A stretch of DNA of 64,000 bases, taken from the NCBI GenBank assembly GCA_963768425.1, contig CAVYHV010000010.1:96001-160000 (forward strand). The letters are read 5' to 3'. Source of the DNA: Candidatus Bathyarchaeota archaeon. Its GTDB lineage: Archaea > Thermoproteota > Bathyarchaeia > Bathyarchaeales > Bathycorpusculaceae. The notes beneath the pieces are model-generated. The model saw nothing but the letters and a program-made list of their open reading frames with translations, was not told where the DNA came from and did not search any database. The position numbers were made by a program, and so were the translations under genes. This document shows, piece by piece, positions 1 to 12,545 of this stretch. Numbering within the stretch: the stretch's first letter is position 1; each line of letters opens with the position of its first letter.

Positions 1-328
1 TTTTCACAATAACAGGACCAAAAGGAACAATAGGCTTTTGCAACATGACTATTCCAAAAACCAATGTACCCGACGAAGCAAGCCCACTTGTATACGTAGA
101 CAACCAGCAGGCCAAAACCAAGGCTACACAGAAGACGATAACAACTTCTATGTATGGTACACAACAAACTTCAGCACACATCAAATCTCAATACAATTCG
201 CAATACCTCCAACGTCAAAAGCATCATTGGGATCGATGCTCGCTATCGTCATTACGATCCCCGAAATAATTTCAGTCTTCACAATTATAGCTATCAAAAA
301 CTTAAGACGGAAACCTGAAGACATATAG
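1..328 (+). CDS. 3' end of a surface protein with C-terminal membrane anchor (partial, one frameshift near 115)
   Basis: Frame 3 reads FTITGPKGTIGFCNMTIPKTNVPDEASPLVYVDNQQA, then continues in another frame as NQGYTEDDNNFYVWYTTNFSTHQ plus a hydrophobic segment and basic tail (KNLRRK). Confidence 0.65.
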   Translation, partial: FHNNRTKRNNRLLQHDYSKNQCTRRSKPTCIRRQPAGQNQGYTEDDNNFYVWYTTNFSTHQISIQFAIPPTSKASLGSMLAIVITIPEIISVFTIIAIKNLRRKPEDI

Positions 329-386
329 CCCGCTACCTTCCCCGACATTGACTATAGATATTCAAGCGGATAACCCGAAAAAAACT

Positions 387-1372
387 TTAGTTTTTGATTG
401 CAATTTGGAACGAGCACTCGAATGGATATGGACCTAAAGTGGCTTCTGCATTCACCTTGTAATTACCCTCGCTGAGGTTAGGACTGGCAGTAACTGTTAG
501 AGCATATAGATTTCCTGAAACGTTGCTGTAAATTATGTCAATGGGGTTTGGTGAAAATTTGGCGATGAACCCTGAAGGTACTGTGGCATTTAGGCTTAGC
601 TTGTCTTTTGTGGCACATGCGAAAATCACTGTTGCGCTTTCTCCGTGAGCAATGTTGATTGTTGGCTGAGGAAAGGGCGCGGGAACTTGAGGAGTGTATG
701 CTGGGGTCGTTATTGGCAGGGTGACCGATGTATTTGACGGCGCAGGAACATTTGAGGGCAAAATTATGGGTGGAGCAGTTGGAGTAATGTCGTATTCAGT
801 TACTATGTAAAGGCATGAGGGAACTGTGTTTGCAATCAATAACGCGGGAGGGTCAACTGCGTCTCCTTCTATGTAATAAGGATATTCTTGCTTGTTGGTT
901 TGTATGTCGATTGTAGGCCAGTAGAATGCTGAAGGTGCATCTTTGTCAGCAGTTATCGTAAGAACTGATGTTGCATTAGGCAGGGATTGAAGGTGAAGTT
1001 TGAAGGAGAAAAGCTGAATTGTACACCGTTGGTCGTATCGTTGGGTTCCCCCAAATATATACTCAATGTAGCGTTAAACGGGACTTGCGCGCTTGAATGG
1101 ATGTTAAATGGTATGGTACCGGTGCCTCCTGGTGGCAGTGTGAATAGCGGGGAAATATTCGGCCCCTCAACTAACTGCGAGGAAGTAAAACCTTCTGAAG
1201 CATTTAACTCAACGTTGGCAAAAACTGGAGTTAAAAACGGTGTAGCTAATGGATGCTGAGTTATCGGCGAATTTGCAAAGAGAATAATGATTGCTAAAAT
1301 TGAAACCAATGCAATTAAAGCGATACTGATTGGAAACAGGGTTCTTTTCCTCTTTGCTCTCATAAACTGCAT
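387..1372 (-). CDS. N-terminally anchored Ig-like surface protein (one gene split by a frameshift near 970)
   Basis: ORF 953-1372 has an N-terminal TM and 'FSFSPSNFTF'. The frame of ORF 387-839 is open upstream (NATSVLTITADKDAP), giving two similar beta-rich modules. Confidence 0.55.
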
Positions 1373-1969
1373 CAGCCGGTTTCATGGTCAAATAAAGCTT
1401 AGCGCCTTAGTTAAATTCCCTTAAGAGCATCTAACGATTTAAGGCTAAGCATTAGTACAATCGAGATAGTAAAATTTTCACTTACATTTAACACAGTTGG
1501 GAAGCCACGCAGGCTCTTTTCAAGAAGAATTCTATGTGGACTTAGGACTTATTTTGCGGCCAAAGTTTAAGAAAAAAACAGGTCAAGGACATGTTACCGG
1601 CCACCTATCAAATGGATTATTTCACGTATCATAACGACCACGCAAGGATACACTATGAAAGCACACAAATTCACCATTACCATTTTGCCATCTCCAGTTG
1701 TGTTTCCGAAAAGAGTACTGCTTGCTTAACTTCCGAAAGCACATCAAAAACACTAGGAACATGATCAATTTTCTTGATTGAGTTCAAGAAGCCTTCTCCC
1801 CTTTCCAACCCAGACAACCTAACGAATTCCGGGCTTTAAGGAGAGTTTCTAAACTTGAAATATATCGTGCATTGGAGTTAAACGAGAAACGCAAATAATT
1901 TCCAGGTTAAACCTTTTTCAGAAGACTAAAAATAACAAAAAAGGGGAATAGATTATTTGTTTTCCCATT

Positions 1970-4625
1970 TTATGGATGTCTTCTCAGCAGAAGCAATCCG
2001 ACTATGGCTATTGCTATTATTATGGCGATTACTCCAATAGCCATGTACGTCAAAAGATTTGTGTTTGTAGCGAGGTTCGAAACGTTAGGCGTAGATGTTG
2101 GTGCTGTGGTTGGTGTCGTTCCAGCGTTGAGGTGTGTTTCAGCGGATGATGGCCAATAACCGTTTGTTCCTGCGAAAGTGGCGTAGACCGTGAAGTTACC
2201 TGCTATGCTCGGCGTCCATGTCAGGCTGAAGGTGCCGCTTGAGTCAGTTGTGGCTGTGCCGATTGGGTAGTGGTTGCCGTTGGAGTCTAAAACTGCGAGT
2301 TGCACTGGAACACCAGTGAAGTTGGTCGGTTTCATTTGTTGCTGGTAAACGTAGCCCATCCACTCTCTCATACTTGCGTCCGAAGAGCATGGAACTCCGT
2401 TCGGGAAATCAGCTGCTTGTTGATTTTGCTTTGTGCCAGCCGAAATATCCATCACTGAACCGGTAATTGTGACTGGCGTCGAAGTTGTTACTCCAACCTG
2501 TGGTGCGCTAACTGTAGTTGCGCTTGGTCCTCTGCCTATGCTGTAGATTTGGTTGTCGTAAGCGTTGAAGAAGGTTGCGTAGCCGTCTGCGATTGCACCG
2601 CCTGGTAGACCAACGCCTAAGCCGTTGCTATCATCTGAAAGTGTCCAGATTTCTTTTCCAGTTGTTTCGTTAATTGCTCGCGCCAAGGCGCCCTTGTAAA
2701 TTGGGGTTTCGACGTCATGTTCGCTTGTGAGAATATAGACCACTCCGTTGCCAATAGCGTATATAACTGCTGGGTAGTTGGGGAAAGCTGTAGCCAAGCC
2801 GCCGCTTGTATTATTTCCTTCGCCACCGTTGCCGTATGTCCACAATAGATTTCCGTTTGTCGTATCATAGCAGTAGACTACTCCGCCGTATCCTATTTGG
2901 AAGAGTTTTCCGTCTGCCATGGGGTTGCCTTCGTTGTAGAATGCAAGAGGACTATCGCAATGAGTGACTGGTCCCCAAAGCTTCTCGCCTGTGCTCAAAC
3001 TATAACCTACGAATTGCAGAGTTTCTTTGTAAGCTTCGGTGAAAACGCCAGCCGACGGATCTGCTCCGTTGAATGAGACAGAAATGTTGCCAGGTGGAGC
3101 GGTAAGTGTTTGAGTCCAAAGCATCGAACCGATTGTCCCTTTGTTTGGATTGAGGTTGATTGCATAGTATGTGTAAGGAGTCCAGCTTGCCACAGTAAAT
3201 GCGCTCGCGGATCCTGGGTAAGTGCCACTCTCGCAAAGCATCATGTTACCAGCATAAGCGACAAGTATGGTTGGTGCCACCGCTAAAGTGTTAAGCGATG
3301 GTTCTGAAACGTTCCAGTCATATAAGCTTGAACTGCTTCCATCAGTGATCGGAGGAGCATTAGATGGTGTTGTTGACAAGCCTGAGTATTGACTGTTCCA
3401 CAATTTTGACGAGTTCCACTGGTCTAAGTAATACTGCGGTTTCGTTGGGGTGCCATCGTTTGCAAAAACATATGACAAATACTCGCCATTTGGACCCATT
3501 GCTGATGCGCCTGCTGGAATGTTAGACACAGAGAACATGAAAGCTCCTGTGTCAGCGTCATATGCTTGCCACTGAATTGGAGACGGAGAGGCCGAAAAAG
3601 CCAAAACCGCCCGTTTGCGAAATCAGAAGAGGTATCGTAGCGCCGTGTTGGTTGGGATCTTGAATATCATAGATGTAACCGAAAGTGGGTGACGGCACAG
3701 TGGTTGAAGACCAAATAATTTGTCCTGTAAGCAAATCAACGCAGACAGTTGGTCCTCCAGTGGGTGCATTGTATCCCAGCGGTTCCGAGTAGTACAACAT
3801 GCCATCCATTATTATCGGATTGGTGTACCTTAACGAGTATGCAGATCCATCAGTATATGTGTAGCCTGGAATTAGAGAGTTGTTTCCACCAACGACTCCA
3901 CCGCTCTGAAGCGGTTTAGTCCACATGATATGGCCTGTTAATGGTCCAACGCCGTTCGGCACCAAACCGGGGTTAGCCAGTCCACTAGCTGCTGATTCGT
4001 AACCTGGTGCATTTCTGCCTAGATAGTTTGATGAAACCGTATACCAGTTAGAGTTCGTGCCATAGATTGGTCTTGTCCAATACGTCGTAGGAAGTGGAGT
4101 TGTTGGGTATACCGGTACTGGTGATTGCTGAACCGTGAGCGTTGCTGAAGCGGAGCTTGGCTCGTAATAATCACCAATGTATTGGCTTGGTGCTGGGGGA
4201 CCAAACATGCTTGAGACAGCCTGGGTGAAAGTGAATGTTTGCCCTGGGAAAGTAAAGTTGAACGTGTACGTGCCTGTTTCCGAAGCAGTGAATGAGTAGT
4301 CCTGATTTGATGTTGGATCTGTAACTACTGCAAAGGTCTCTACGGTTTTCTTACCGTCGGGGGCAGTTATTGTTAGCTGATAGTTTTCGAAGCGGATATT
4401 ATTATTGAGGGCTGCACTGTCGATTACTTTGTCAAGAAACATGTCGACATGTACGAATTGTCCGACGCCAACTGGGTTAGGTGAAGCATAAATGTATGCG
4501 TATGTTGGAATTTGCCAGGGAGGAGTATGAGCACTGGTTGTTGGTATTAATATCATTGAGCTTGCCATTAAAACTGACAAGAGAATAGCCATTGTAATAG
4601 CCAAGAATTTGTTTTTCATTTGCAT
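1970..4625 (-). CDS. Large secreted PQQ-like beta-propeller protein with C-terminal TM anchor (frameshift near 3600)
   Basis: ORFs 3558-4625 (signal peptide ...ASAHTPP) and 1970-3604 are colinear with the paralog at 5937-8653. Has W-x-YGNGGEGN and other PQQ-like repeats, a Thr/Pro linker and a TM ending RRHP. Confidence 0.85.
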
Positions 4626-4757
4626 TTTTTCTCCTTTTTTCTGTAAGCAGCGATTCTTCCAAGTAAGGTATTAAGCGTTTGTAAGTAATGCCTCTACTTA
4701 CATTCTGCAAAAATTAATAAGCACTTTGCATCAAAAGACTAACCAGAGAAAACTCTC

Positions 4758-5603
4758 ATGATTCAAAACGACAACACATTGACTCAAACGATGTTGGAAT
4801 TGGGACTGACATTTCTGCAAGCAAAAATATATCTAGCTCTTGTCAAGCTTCAAGAAGCTGGAGCGAAGAAGATTTCAGCAGCCTCAAACGTGGCGCGGCC
4901 AGATGTTTACCGAGTACTGCCTGCCCTTGAAGAAATAGGTCTTGTAGAAAAAATAATAGCTAAACCAACTCAGTACAAAGCCACCCCAATAAAAGAAGGC
5001 TGCAACATTTTACTTCAGACAAAAACCAAAGAATACACAGCCCTGCATCAAAACACAATGAACCTGATCAAAAACTTCGATAGCAAAAAAGACGATATAA
5101 CATTGCATGACTTGACGCTGGAACAGTTTTCGTTGATAACTTCAAAAGCTCTTCTCTTAAAAAAGTTTGAAATTGAAGACTCTTCTGCAGAGAACAGCAT
5201 CGATGTTATCGGTAATTGGAATCTTGTTAGAAATCTCATCTTTAATCACCTACACATATTTGAAAAAGCTCTGAAGAAAGGAGTAAAGATTCGTGCAGTA
5301 ACCGAAAAATTCGATGAAAATGAGTTTGATGATAAAGTCTTACTGAAGTTCAAGGGCAACCCCCTGTTTGAGATTAGGCACCTTGATAGGCCTATTCCAA
5401 CTAAGACAGCGATTTATGACTCAAAGAAAGCAAACATGTGCGTTAGAACAATTGATGATGGCGAAATAGAGCCCAGCTTATGGTCTGACAATCCACAATT
5501 TGTCAAAGTAATCAAAGCCTACTTTGAAAACATATGGAACGAAGCACAAGAATACAACTTTGAAAACGATCAGGTATGCACACAAAGTATCGCAAACAAA
5601 TAA
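4758..5603 (+). CDS. TrmB-family transcriptional regulator
   Basis: N-terminal 'LGLTFLQAKIYLAL...VARPDVYRVLPALEEIGLVEK' wHTH and a C-terminal PLD-like effector domain ending YFENIWNEA. Confidence 0.85.
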   Translation: MIQNDNTLTQTMLELGLTFLQAKIYLALVKLQEAGAKKISAASNVARPDVYRVLPALEEIGLVEKIIAKPTQYKATPIKEGCNILLQTKTKEYTALHQNTMNLIKNFDSKKDDITLHDLTLEQFSLITSKALLLKKFEIEDSSAENSIDVIGNWNLVRNLIFNHLHIFEKALKKGVKIRAVTEKFDENEFDDKVLLKFKGNPLFEIRHLDRPIPTKTAIYDSKKANMCVRTIDDGEIEPSLWSDNPQFVKVIKAYFENIWNEAQEYNFENDQVCTQSIANK

Positions 5604-5936
5604 TATTCCAAAGACTTCGAACTAATGTTATTGGGCAATTGTACTTGCAATTGTACTTTTAATATTGAATTGGCGTTTGAATCCCTTCCTCAGGATTTTT
5701 TGGGTTAAGGATGTTTTCAAAAATAAAGAGTAGGGAAGTATGAAACCATTAAGGGTTTGCTGAGGCTCTGGAAACTAAGGAAGAAAATTCCTTTTCTTTA
5801 GGAGAAAAAAGAAAAAGTTCAATTCTTCAAATGCAGCTATTTTGAATGTAACCAGAGCCTTCTCAGCCTCCTGTTTTGTCTTAAGTTTTTTTAAAAAATT
5901 AAAAAAAGGGAAAGATTTTTTGTGGTTGTCTGTTTC

Positions 5937-8653
5937 TCACGCTTTTTTCCTAAGGATTAGTATGCCGACTATGGCTATTGCGATGATTATGGCGATTACT
6001 GCAGCAGCGATTCCGTAAGTTAGGGCGGACATTGTTGCTACGTCTGATTGAGGAGTTGCGGTTGGCACAGGCGTTGATGGCGCGCTTTGTATAGCCATGT
6101 TAGTTTCAGCGTTTGAAGGCCAATAGCCATTGCTTCCACCGAAAGTAGCGTAGACAGTGTAGGAGCCAGGGATATCTTTAGGAGTCCAAGTGAAATGGAA
6201 CATGCCGTTTGCATCAGTTGTCGCTGTGCCGATTGTGTATGTGTTGTTATTGGGATCAAACACCGATAATGTAACGGTAACGCCCGTGAAGTTGATTGGT
6301 TTTGGTTGTTGCTGGTAAACGTAGCCCATCCAAGCAGTCATGCTAGCTTCAGACGAAACTGGAACTCCGTTTGGAAAGTCTGCTTTCTGTTCTGCTTGCT
6401 GTGTGCCCGAAGAAACGTCCATCACTGTGCCTTGTATAACTACGCTGGTGCCTGCTGAGATAGAGGTCAATGGTGCCTGCACTGTGGTGGCGCTTGGTCC
6501 GCGGCCGACGCTGTAAACTGAGTTGTCATAGCCGTTGAAGAATGCTGCAAAGCCATCTGCAATAGCATAGCTGTTGGGTCCAACGAATTCACCAGTGTAA
6601 TCTGAAAGTTCCCAGATTTCTGCGCCAGTTGTTGCGTTGATGGCACGCGCCATAGCACCTTTGAAAATTGGCGTTTCGACAGTGTGTTCAGTAGTAATCA
6701 GGTAAACTACTCCATTGCCGATAGCTTGTATGAAAGTTGGATAGTAACCATAGGGTACGTTTAAGCCGCCATAAGTGCTGTTGCCTTCCCCGCCGTTACC
6801 GTATGTCCATTTTAGAGCGCCAGTTTTGTCGTTGTAGCAGTAGACTAAGCCGCCGAATCCGCAAGTGTAAAGGTTCCCGTAAGCAATCTCATCATCTGGG
6901 TTGCCATAGTAAGCAAGGGACGTTTGATCGCCCATTGGACCCCACAGTTCCCGTCCTGTAGTCATGCTGTAGCCAATCCATTGCCTGCTTTGCTGATATG
7001 ATTCAATGAAGACACGGGTCCCTGGATCGCATCCGACATCTAAGACCGTAATGTTGCCTGCTGGCGGGTTTAGTGTATTCCACCAAAGCACGCTGCCAAT
7101 TGGACCAATAGTTGAGTTGAGGTTGATTGCGAAGTACGTGTAGGGAGTATCGCTTGCGGCAGCCAAAGTATTACCATTTCCACTAGCCGGTAGAGTTCCA
7201 TTTCTGCAAATCAATATATCATTATAGTATGCGCCGATTATGACAAATGGAGCTGCACCAGGCATGGTGTTTGCAAAGGGTATTGAAATGTTCCAATCAT
7301 AAATGCTGCTTGCGGCTGCGTTGGGATTCAGAACTGTTGGTGTTCCAAACATACTATTGACTGACCAGAGTCTGGAAGAGTTCCATTCGCCCAGATACCA
7401 ATTGGGATTTGTAGGGGTGCCTGCATTATTCAAGACGTAGTTCAAGTATTCGCCGCTTGGGCCGCCTGGAAGCTGTCTTTCGCCGCCTCCGCTTAAGCTT
7501 GCTTCTGCACCTGAAGGGACATTAGTTATGTTCCACAGAGGAATTCCTGTGTATCCGTCGTAAATTTGCCAAGTCGTCCTAGGGATAAAGAATTGATTGT
7601 AGCTTGTTACGGAAACAACTAAGAGTGGTTCGATAACGCCGTGTTGATTGGGGTCTTGAAGGTCATAGATGTAACCGAAGGATAGACCAGCAGGTATAGA
7701 TGTGCTTTGCCAGACTTGTTGCCCCGTTTGTAGGTTGACGCAGTAAGTGCCGCTTATGTCTACAGGTCCGTTTCCGCCACCAAAGGAATAGGCCGAGGTC
7801 TGTTCGCTGTAGAAATTTATCGGTGCCTGATAGTAAAGTAGTCCGTCCATTATTATCGGGTTGGTGAATCTGTTGTCGTATGCCGAGCCTTCAAAATATG
7901 TATCTCCTGCGATAGAAGTAGTTGTATTTCCTCCGACGACTCCTCCAGCTTGAAGCGGCTTAGTCCACATGACATGGGCTGTTTGAGGTCCTATTGCGTC
8001 CGAGGGGTTGAGAGTCTCACCAAACCAGCTGCCAATTCCAGCGTAGCCAGGTGCAAAATCGCCTAGCCAGTTTGACGAAATCGTGTACCATGCTGTGTTT
8101 TCACCGTATATTGGTCGTGTCCAGTAAGTTGATGGCAATGGGGAGCTGCCTGTTGCTGCAGGAATGGGGTTTTGTTGAACCTTGATTGAAGTTGAAGCAG
8201 ATGCGGGCAGATAAGTGTCGCCTATGTAGGCTGAAAAGGGAGAGTGTGGGTAATCATTGACAACTTGTCCTGGAAAATTAAAGGTTAAGTTGTAGGTGCC
8301 AACTTGCGTGGGCGTATAGATTGTGTACTGGTCCGATGTTGGGTCAGTGATATCAGCAAAGGTTTCTTTCACGGGTGATCCGCTGGGCGGAGTAATAGTG
8401 AGTTGGTAGTTGTGGAATCTATAGTTGTTTGCTAACCCTGATTGGTCGTAAACTTGATCTAGCCACATGAATATGGTTATGGGTTGGCCACGCCTACGGG
8501 GTTAGGTGCTGCAGAAATGAAGGCATACACTTGAATATTTGCTGGAGGCGTGTGTGCACTAGCTTTTGGTATAAGCATCATTGAAGCTGTCATTGAAAGC
8601 ATTAAGAATATAGCAATTGAAATAATTAAAATCCTGTTTTTGGTTTTTTGCAT
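5937..8653 (-). CDS. Large secreted PQQ-like beta-propeller protein, paralog of 1970-4625 (frameshift near 8490)
   Basis: ATG at 8653 gives MQKTKNRILIISIAIFLMLSMTASMMLIPKASAHTPP, which joins ORF 5937-8468 by a one-base shift. Shares motifs with the paralog (MWTKPLQ-GGVVGGN, QDPNQHG, WMGYVYQQQ). Confidence 0.85.
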
Positions 8654-8876
8654 TTTTTCATTTCCTTTTTCTGTAGAATTTCGTTTGTTGGTAAAACGTA
8701 TTTAAGTGTTTTGTAAAAAATCTATTTATCGGACAATAGTAACAATAATAAGGTTAATTAGGGAATACTGTACGACAAATATGGAAAAAATCTAAATTGT
8801 TCTGCATTTGCCCCAAAATCGGCAGATCCCACATGGCGATAAGCACCGCAGGAAATTTCCATTCAAAAAAACTTAA

Positions 8877-9902
8877 ATGCCATTTCAGCAAATTAGTTGT
8901 TTTACACAAAGAGGAAGCCCCACGAAAGAAATCGATAAAATAGATGAAGAAATTCTGAAGAGCCTGCTAGAGGATGGCCGAAAGGAATTTGCACTAATTG
9001 CGAAACAGTGTGAGACATCTAAGAAAGTAATATGGAATCATTACAGAGAACTAGAGAAGGACAGAGTGATTGTTGGTTCAACAGTCCACTTGAATTACGC
9101 TTACTTCGGTTTCAACGCAGTTGGAAGCATTCAAATAAATGCCGAACTATCTCAAGTAGACAACATCAATAATGAAATAAGAAAAATTCCTAATATTTAT
9201 GGTGCTTATCGACTGGGAAAAAGCCCCACTACAAGTGTAATAGTAACGCTAAGAACGATTGATGAACTTGAAAAAGTCAAAGAAATAATAAAGAGAATCC
9301 CGGGAGTAATGGCGCTGCAAACAGAAATCTGGACAGGCGTAAAGAACATTCCGGAAAATTTGAAGATAAACTCTAGTTTGAGTAATTCGGGGGAATTTGT
9401 TGAAAAAAGCAAGACCTCTGTGCAAACTTCTGTTAGATCAATATGCAAAATTGATGAAATTGATAACAAAATCATCGAGAAGCTATCGTTTGATGGTCGC
9501 ATGTCTTTTAGAAAAATAGCTATGGAATTGGAAATTTCCACAGATACCGTCGCTAGGCGATATAAAGAGCTCAGACGCAACAATGCAATCAAAGTTCTAA
9601 TTCAAATTGACCCAGCGAAAATAGGGTATCTTGGTCATGCCATCTTCTTGATTGCTTTTGCATATCAAAAAACCGTGGGCTCCGTAGTTGAGACCATTTC
9701 CAAAATTCCGAATGTGACCTTAATAATGAGAACTAGTGGAAGCTATGATCTTTCTGTGTGGGTTTTGATAAAAAACCTTGAACAATTGATATGGGTTCAA
9801 GATGAAATCAGCAGCATACCCGGGATCACAAAAGTTCAAACATCTATCGTTAAAAGTCATTGTCCATGGCCTGGCCAGAAAGAGTACATGTCAACATTCT
9901 AG
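8877..9902 (+). CDS. Tandem (two-unit) Lrp/AsnC-family regulator
   Basis: Two 'IDxIDxxIxxxLxxDGR' HTH units, each followed by a RAM domain. Confidence 0.85.
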   Translation: MPFQQISCFTQRGSPTKEIDKIDEEILKSLLEDGRKEFALIAKQCETSKKVIWNHYRELEKDRVIVGSTVHLNYAYFGFNAVGSIQINAELSQVDNINNEIRKIPNIYGAYRLGKSPTTSVIVTLRTIDELEKVKEIIKRIPGVMALQTEIWTGVKNIPENLKINSSLSNSGEFVEKSKTSVQTSVRSICKIDEIDNKIIEKLSFDGRMSFRKIAMELEISTDTVARRYKELRRNNAIKVLIQIDPAKIGYLGHAIFLIAFAYQKTVGSVVETISKIPNVTLIMRTSGSYDLSVWVLIKNLEQLIWVQDEISSIPGITKVQTSIVKSHCPWPGQKEYMSTF

Positions 9903-10349
9903 TAACTACTGATTCTCATAGAAAAAGCATTTGTGAACAGGTCCGATCTTTTTGAGTTTGAACTAACATTGAGGTCTTTGACACTCGTAAATTGGGGTTC
10001 AGATCCCGCCCAATTCAGCCCGATTCATAAGCTGATTTTAAAAAAATGGCACTTGAAAAAATGAAGGTCTTGACCTATTTGGCTCTGGACCACGCGGCCT
10101 ACTACAAACTTTTTTCCTATTCTACCGCCTAAAAGCGTCTTTTTTCTTCAAAGCGATCTTTAGTTTCTTCCTTAACCTTTCGTTAAAGACGTTCCCAGAT
10201 TTCGTCTGGCGGGCTAAAAGCTATTTCTTATCATGAAAGCATAAGTAGCTGATAAATTTATATTTTGAATTCACAACCCATTTATTTTGTTTTACCGAAA
10301 GTTTCATGTCGAAAACAAAGAATTCGAAAAGACATGGATGACCTGATAG

Positions 10350-12131
10350 TTGAGCCTTTCCGTCTCATTGAATCTTCCAGCGGTAATGTTGAGTGCAATT
10401 CCGGCTATTATTTCAGCGTGCTTCCTAGTCATGTTCTATAAGGATAATGACAAAAGAAAACTAATCGCGGCAATTTCAGTTATGTTCATGTCGCTGTCTT
10501 CAGCGGTCGAAATTTTTGGGCTGCCTCAGTCTTTCTACGTCTTAAACAACCTTTACTGGTGGGGGGACATGCCCGTAATTGCTGCCCTCATACTTTTATT
10601 TGTATCTCAAATGCTAAATTTGAAAATTTACAAAATGGCAATTAAAATTTTCTCTGCCGTTTTTGTCGTCACTCTTTTAATTCTTTTCATCCCTGGATCT
10701 GGAGTAGTCAGCGGAATAACCGTTGATTTTTTGGGCTTAGTCGCCCTCTGCCTATCATCATACCTGTTCTTAAAGCGGAGACGGTTTGTCGATACGTTGT
10801 TTTTCCTCTCTATCTTATCGTTCGATGTTTACGGCTACTCTTGGGGCACAACCATAGGGGTGACATTCAGCTTAGCCTGCTACGCAGCAAGTTTTCTTTT
10901 TGTCGGATTAGCCTTAGGGTTCGCACCGGTTGAAAACGCGTGGGACAGTGGTTCAGTCTTTAAAGTAACCAAGCAATTGGACAAAGCAAAAGAGCGCTTA
11001 AAAGAGCTAGAGATCGAATACAAAACAATCTTTGAATCCGCAAACGACGCTATTTTCGTCGTAGACGTTCAAACAGGATTAATTCTTAACTGCAACAATG
11101 AAGCGAGCATACTTCTTGAGGTTGAAAAAGAAGAGATTGTTGGTAAGAATGAGAAAACACTATTTCCAAATCAAAATGAGATGGTTTTGTCGCCGTCTTT
11201 TCTCAAGCAAGCTCCTGGAACCTCTGGAAATGTAGAGTTGCAGGTAGTTACCCGCAGGGGAGAAGTTAAGGATGTCGAGGCAAAACTGCGATCGTTCGAA
11301 CATGCAGGCGAGATTCTTCTAGTCGGCGTGTTCCGAGACGTAACTGAACAGAAGCGCAATGCCAAAGATTTGGCTTTAGCCTTAGAGTATCTTTCGAGCC
11401 AAAATGATAAGGTGCAAGCCCTTAACGAGAAGCTTAGAGTTGTTGGCGGTTTAACAAGGCATGATGTTAGAAACAAGCTTATGGCCGCTAACAACAATGC
11501 ATACATTCTAAGAAAGAGAATTGCAGATCAGCCTGAGCTTGTGAAGTACTTAGAAGGGATAGAGTCGGCAATTAAACAGTGTGAAAAACTGTTTGAGTTT
11601 AGCCGTCTTTTTGAGAAAATCGGCGTTGAAGAGCTCTCAGAGGTAAGCGTTGAAGATTGTTTTAATCAAGCTGCTGGCATAATAGCTAAGCCTGAAATAA
11701 CAGTAGTAAACAAGTGTAGCGGGCTAACGGTTGTGGCAGACAAAATGCTCACACAACTGTTCTACAACCTAATTGACAACTCCCAAAAACACGGCAGCAC
11801 AATCTCCCAAATAACACTTCACTATGCTGTTGAAGAAGGAAAAATGATTCTGTACTATGAAGACAACGGCGTTGGAATACCTATAGAGAACAAGGAAAGA
11901 ATTTTTTCTGAAGGCTTCACGACTGGCGGGTCAGGATTAGGGTTGAAACTGATTAAAAAAATGATCGAAGCATACGGATGGACGATTGAAGAAAACGGTG
12001 TTCCTAACAACGGAGCCAAGTTCCAAATAACGATCCCTACGACAAATTCAGCGACTGAAGAGCAAAAAATTAGTATGCTTCCAAATTTGGAAACCAAGTT
12101 AACACCAAGTAACCTCTTAGAAACAAAATAG
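10350..12131 (+). CDS. Membrane-bound PAS sensor histidine kinase
   Basis: About 7 TM helices, PAS (IFESANDAIF...RDVTEQK), H-box LTRHDVRNKL, N-box FYNLIDNS, and G-boxes DNGVGI and GSGLGL. Confidence 0.9.
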   Translation: MSLSVSLNLPAVMLSAIPAIISACFLVMFYKDNDKRKLIAAISVMFMSLSSAVEIFGLPQSFYVLNNLYWWGDMPVIAALILLFVSQMLNLKIYKMAIKIFSAVFVVTLLILFIPGSGVVSGITVDFLGLVALCLSSYLFLKRRRFVDTLFFLSILSFDVYGYSWGTTIGVTFSLACYAASFLFVGLALGFAPVENAWDSGSVFKVTKQLDKAKERLKELEIEYKTIFESANDAIFVVDVQTGLILNCNNEASILLEVEKEEIVGKNEKTLFPNQNEMVLSPSFLKQAPGTSGNVELQVVTRRGEVKDVEAKLRSFEHAGEILLVGVFRDVTEQKRNAKDLALALEYLSSQNDKVQALNEKLRVVGGLTRHDVRNKLMAANNNAYILRKRIADQPELVKYLEGIESAIKQCEKLFEFSRLFEKIGVEELSEVSVEDCFNQAAGIIAKPEITVVNKCSGLTVVADKMLTQLFYNLIDNSQKHGSTISQITLHYAVEEGKMILYYEDNGVGIPIENKERIFSEGFTTGGSGLGLKLIKKMIEAYGWTIEENGVPNNGAKFQITIPTTNSATEEQKISMLPNLETKLTPSNLLETK

Positions 12132-12545
12132 AAAGAAACGAATAGTTTTAACTGAATTGTCCTTGAATCTGTAAGACTCTTAGAGTATACTATACTTAAC
12201 TATGGAGCTATTTCTTGTACGCATTATTCGAGTCAATAGGAAGAAACAGTTAGCCAAGATTTCGATTTGACTGCAAAGTGTTAAATATTCGGAAAAGTTC
12301 GAATCATTTCGACACGCAATTATCTAAAACTGTTTAGATGAAAAAAGGGAAAATGGGTAACGTTCCAGTACATCCAACGTACAAATGCCTGCGGTTCCGC
12401 AACATTTTATAACTTGGATTTTTTAGGTCACTAAGGTTCCAAAGTATACATTTAGGCTGCTCAAATCGGGATTTAACCTTGTCGAATTCATGGCGACCGC
12501 AAGTCTTAAAGCTAAATCGCATCAATCTTGATTGAGGAAATTCTG

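Noticed and set aside
5635-5658. 12-bp tandem duplication GCAATTGTACTT x2
   Set aside because: Only two copies, lying between convergent gene ends. No functional context.
10060-10106. Minus-strand GGCCGCGTGGTCCAG...GGTCAAGAC resembling a tRNA 5' half
   Set aside because: No anticodon arm, T arm or matching acceptor strand follows, so it cannot be folded as a tRNA.
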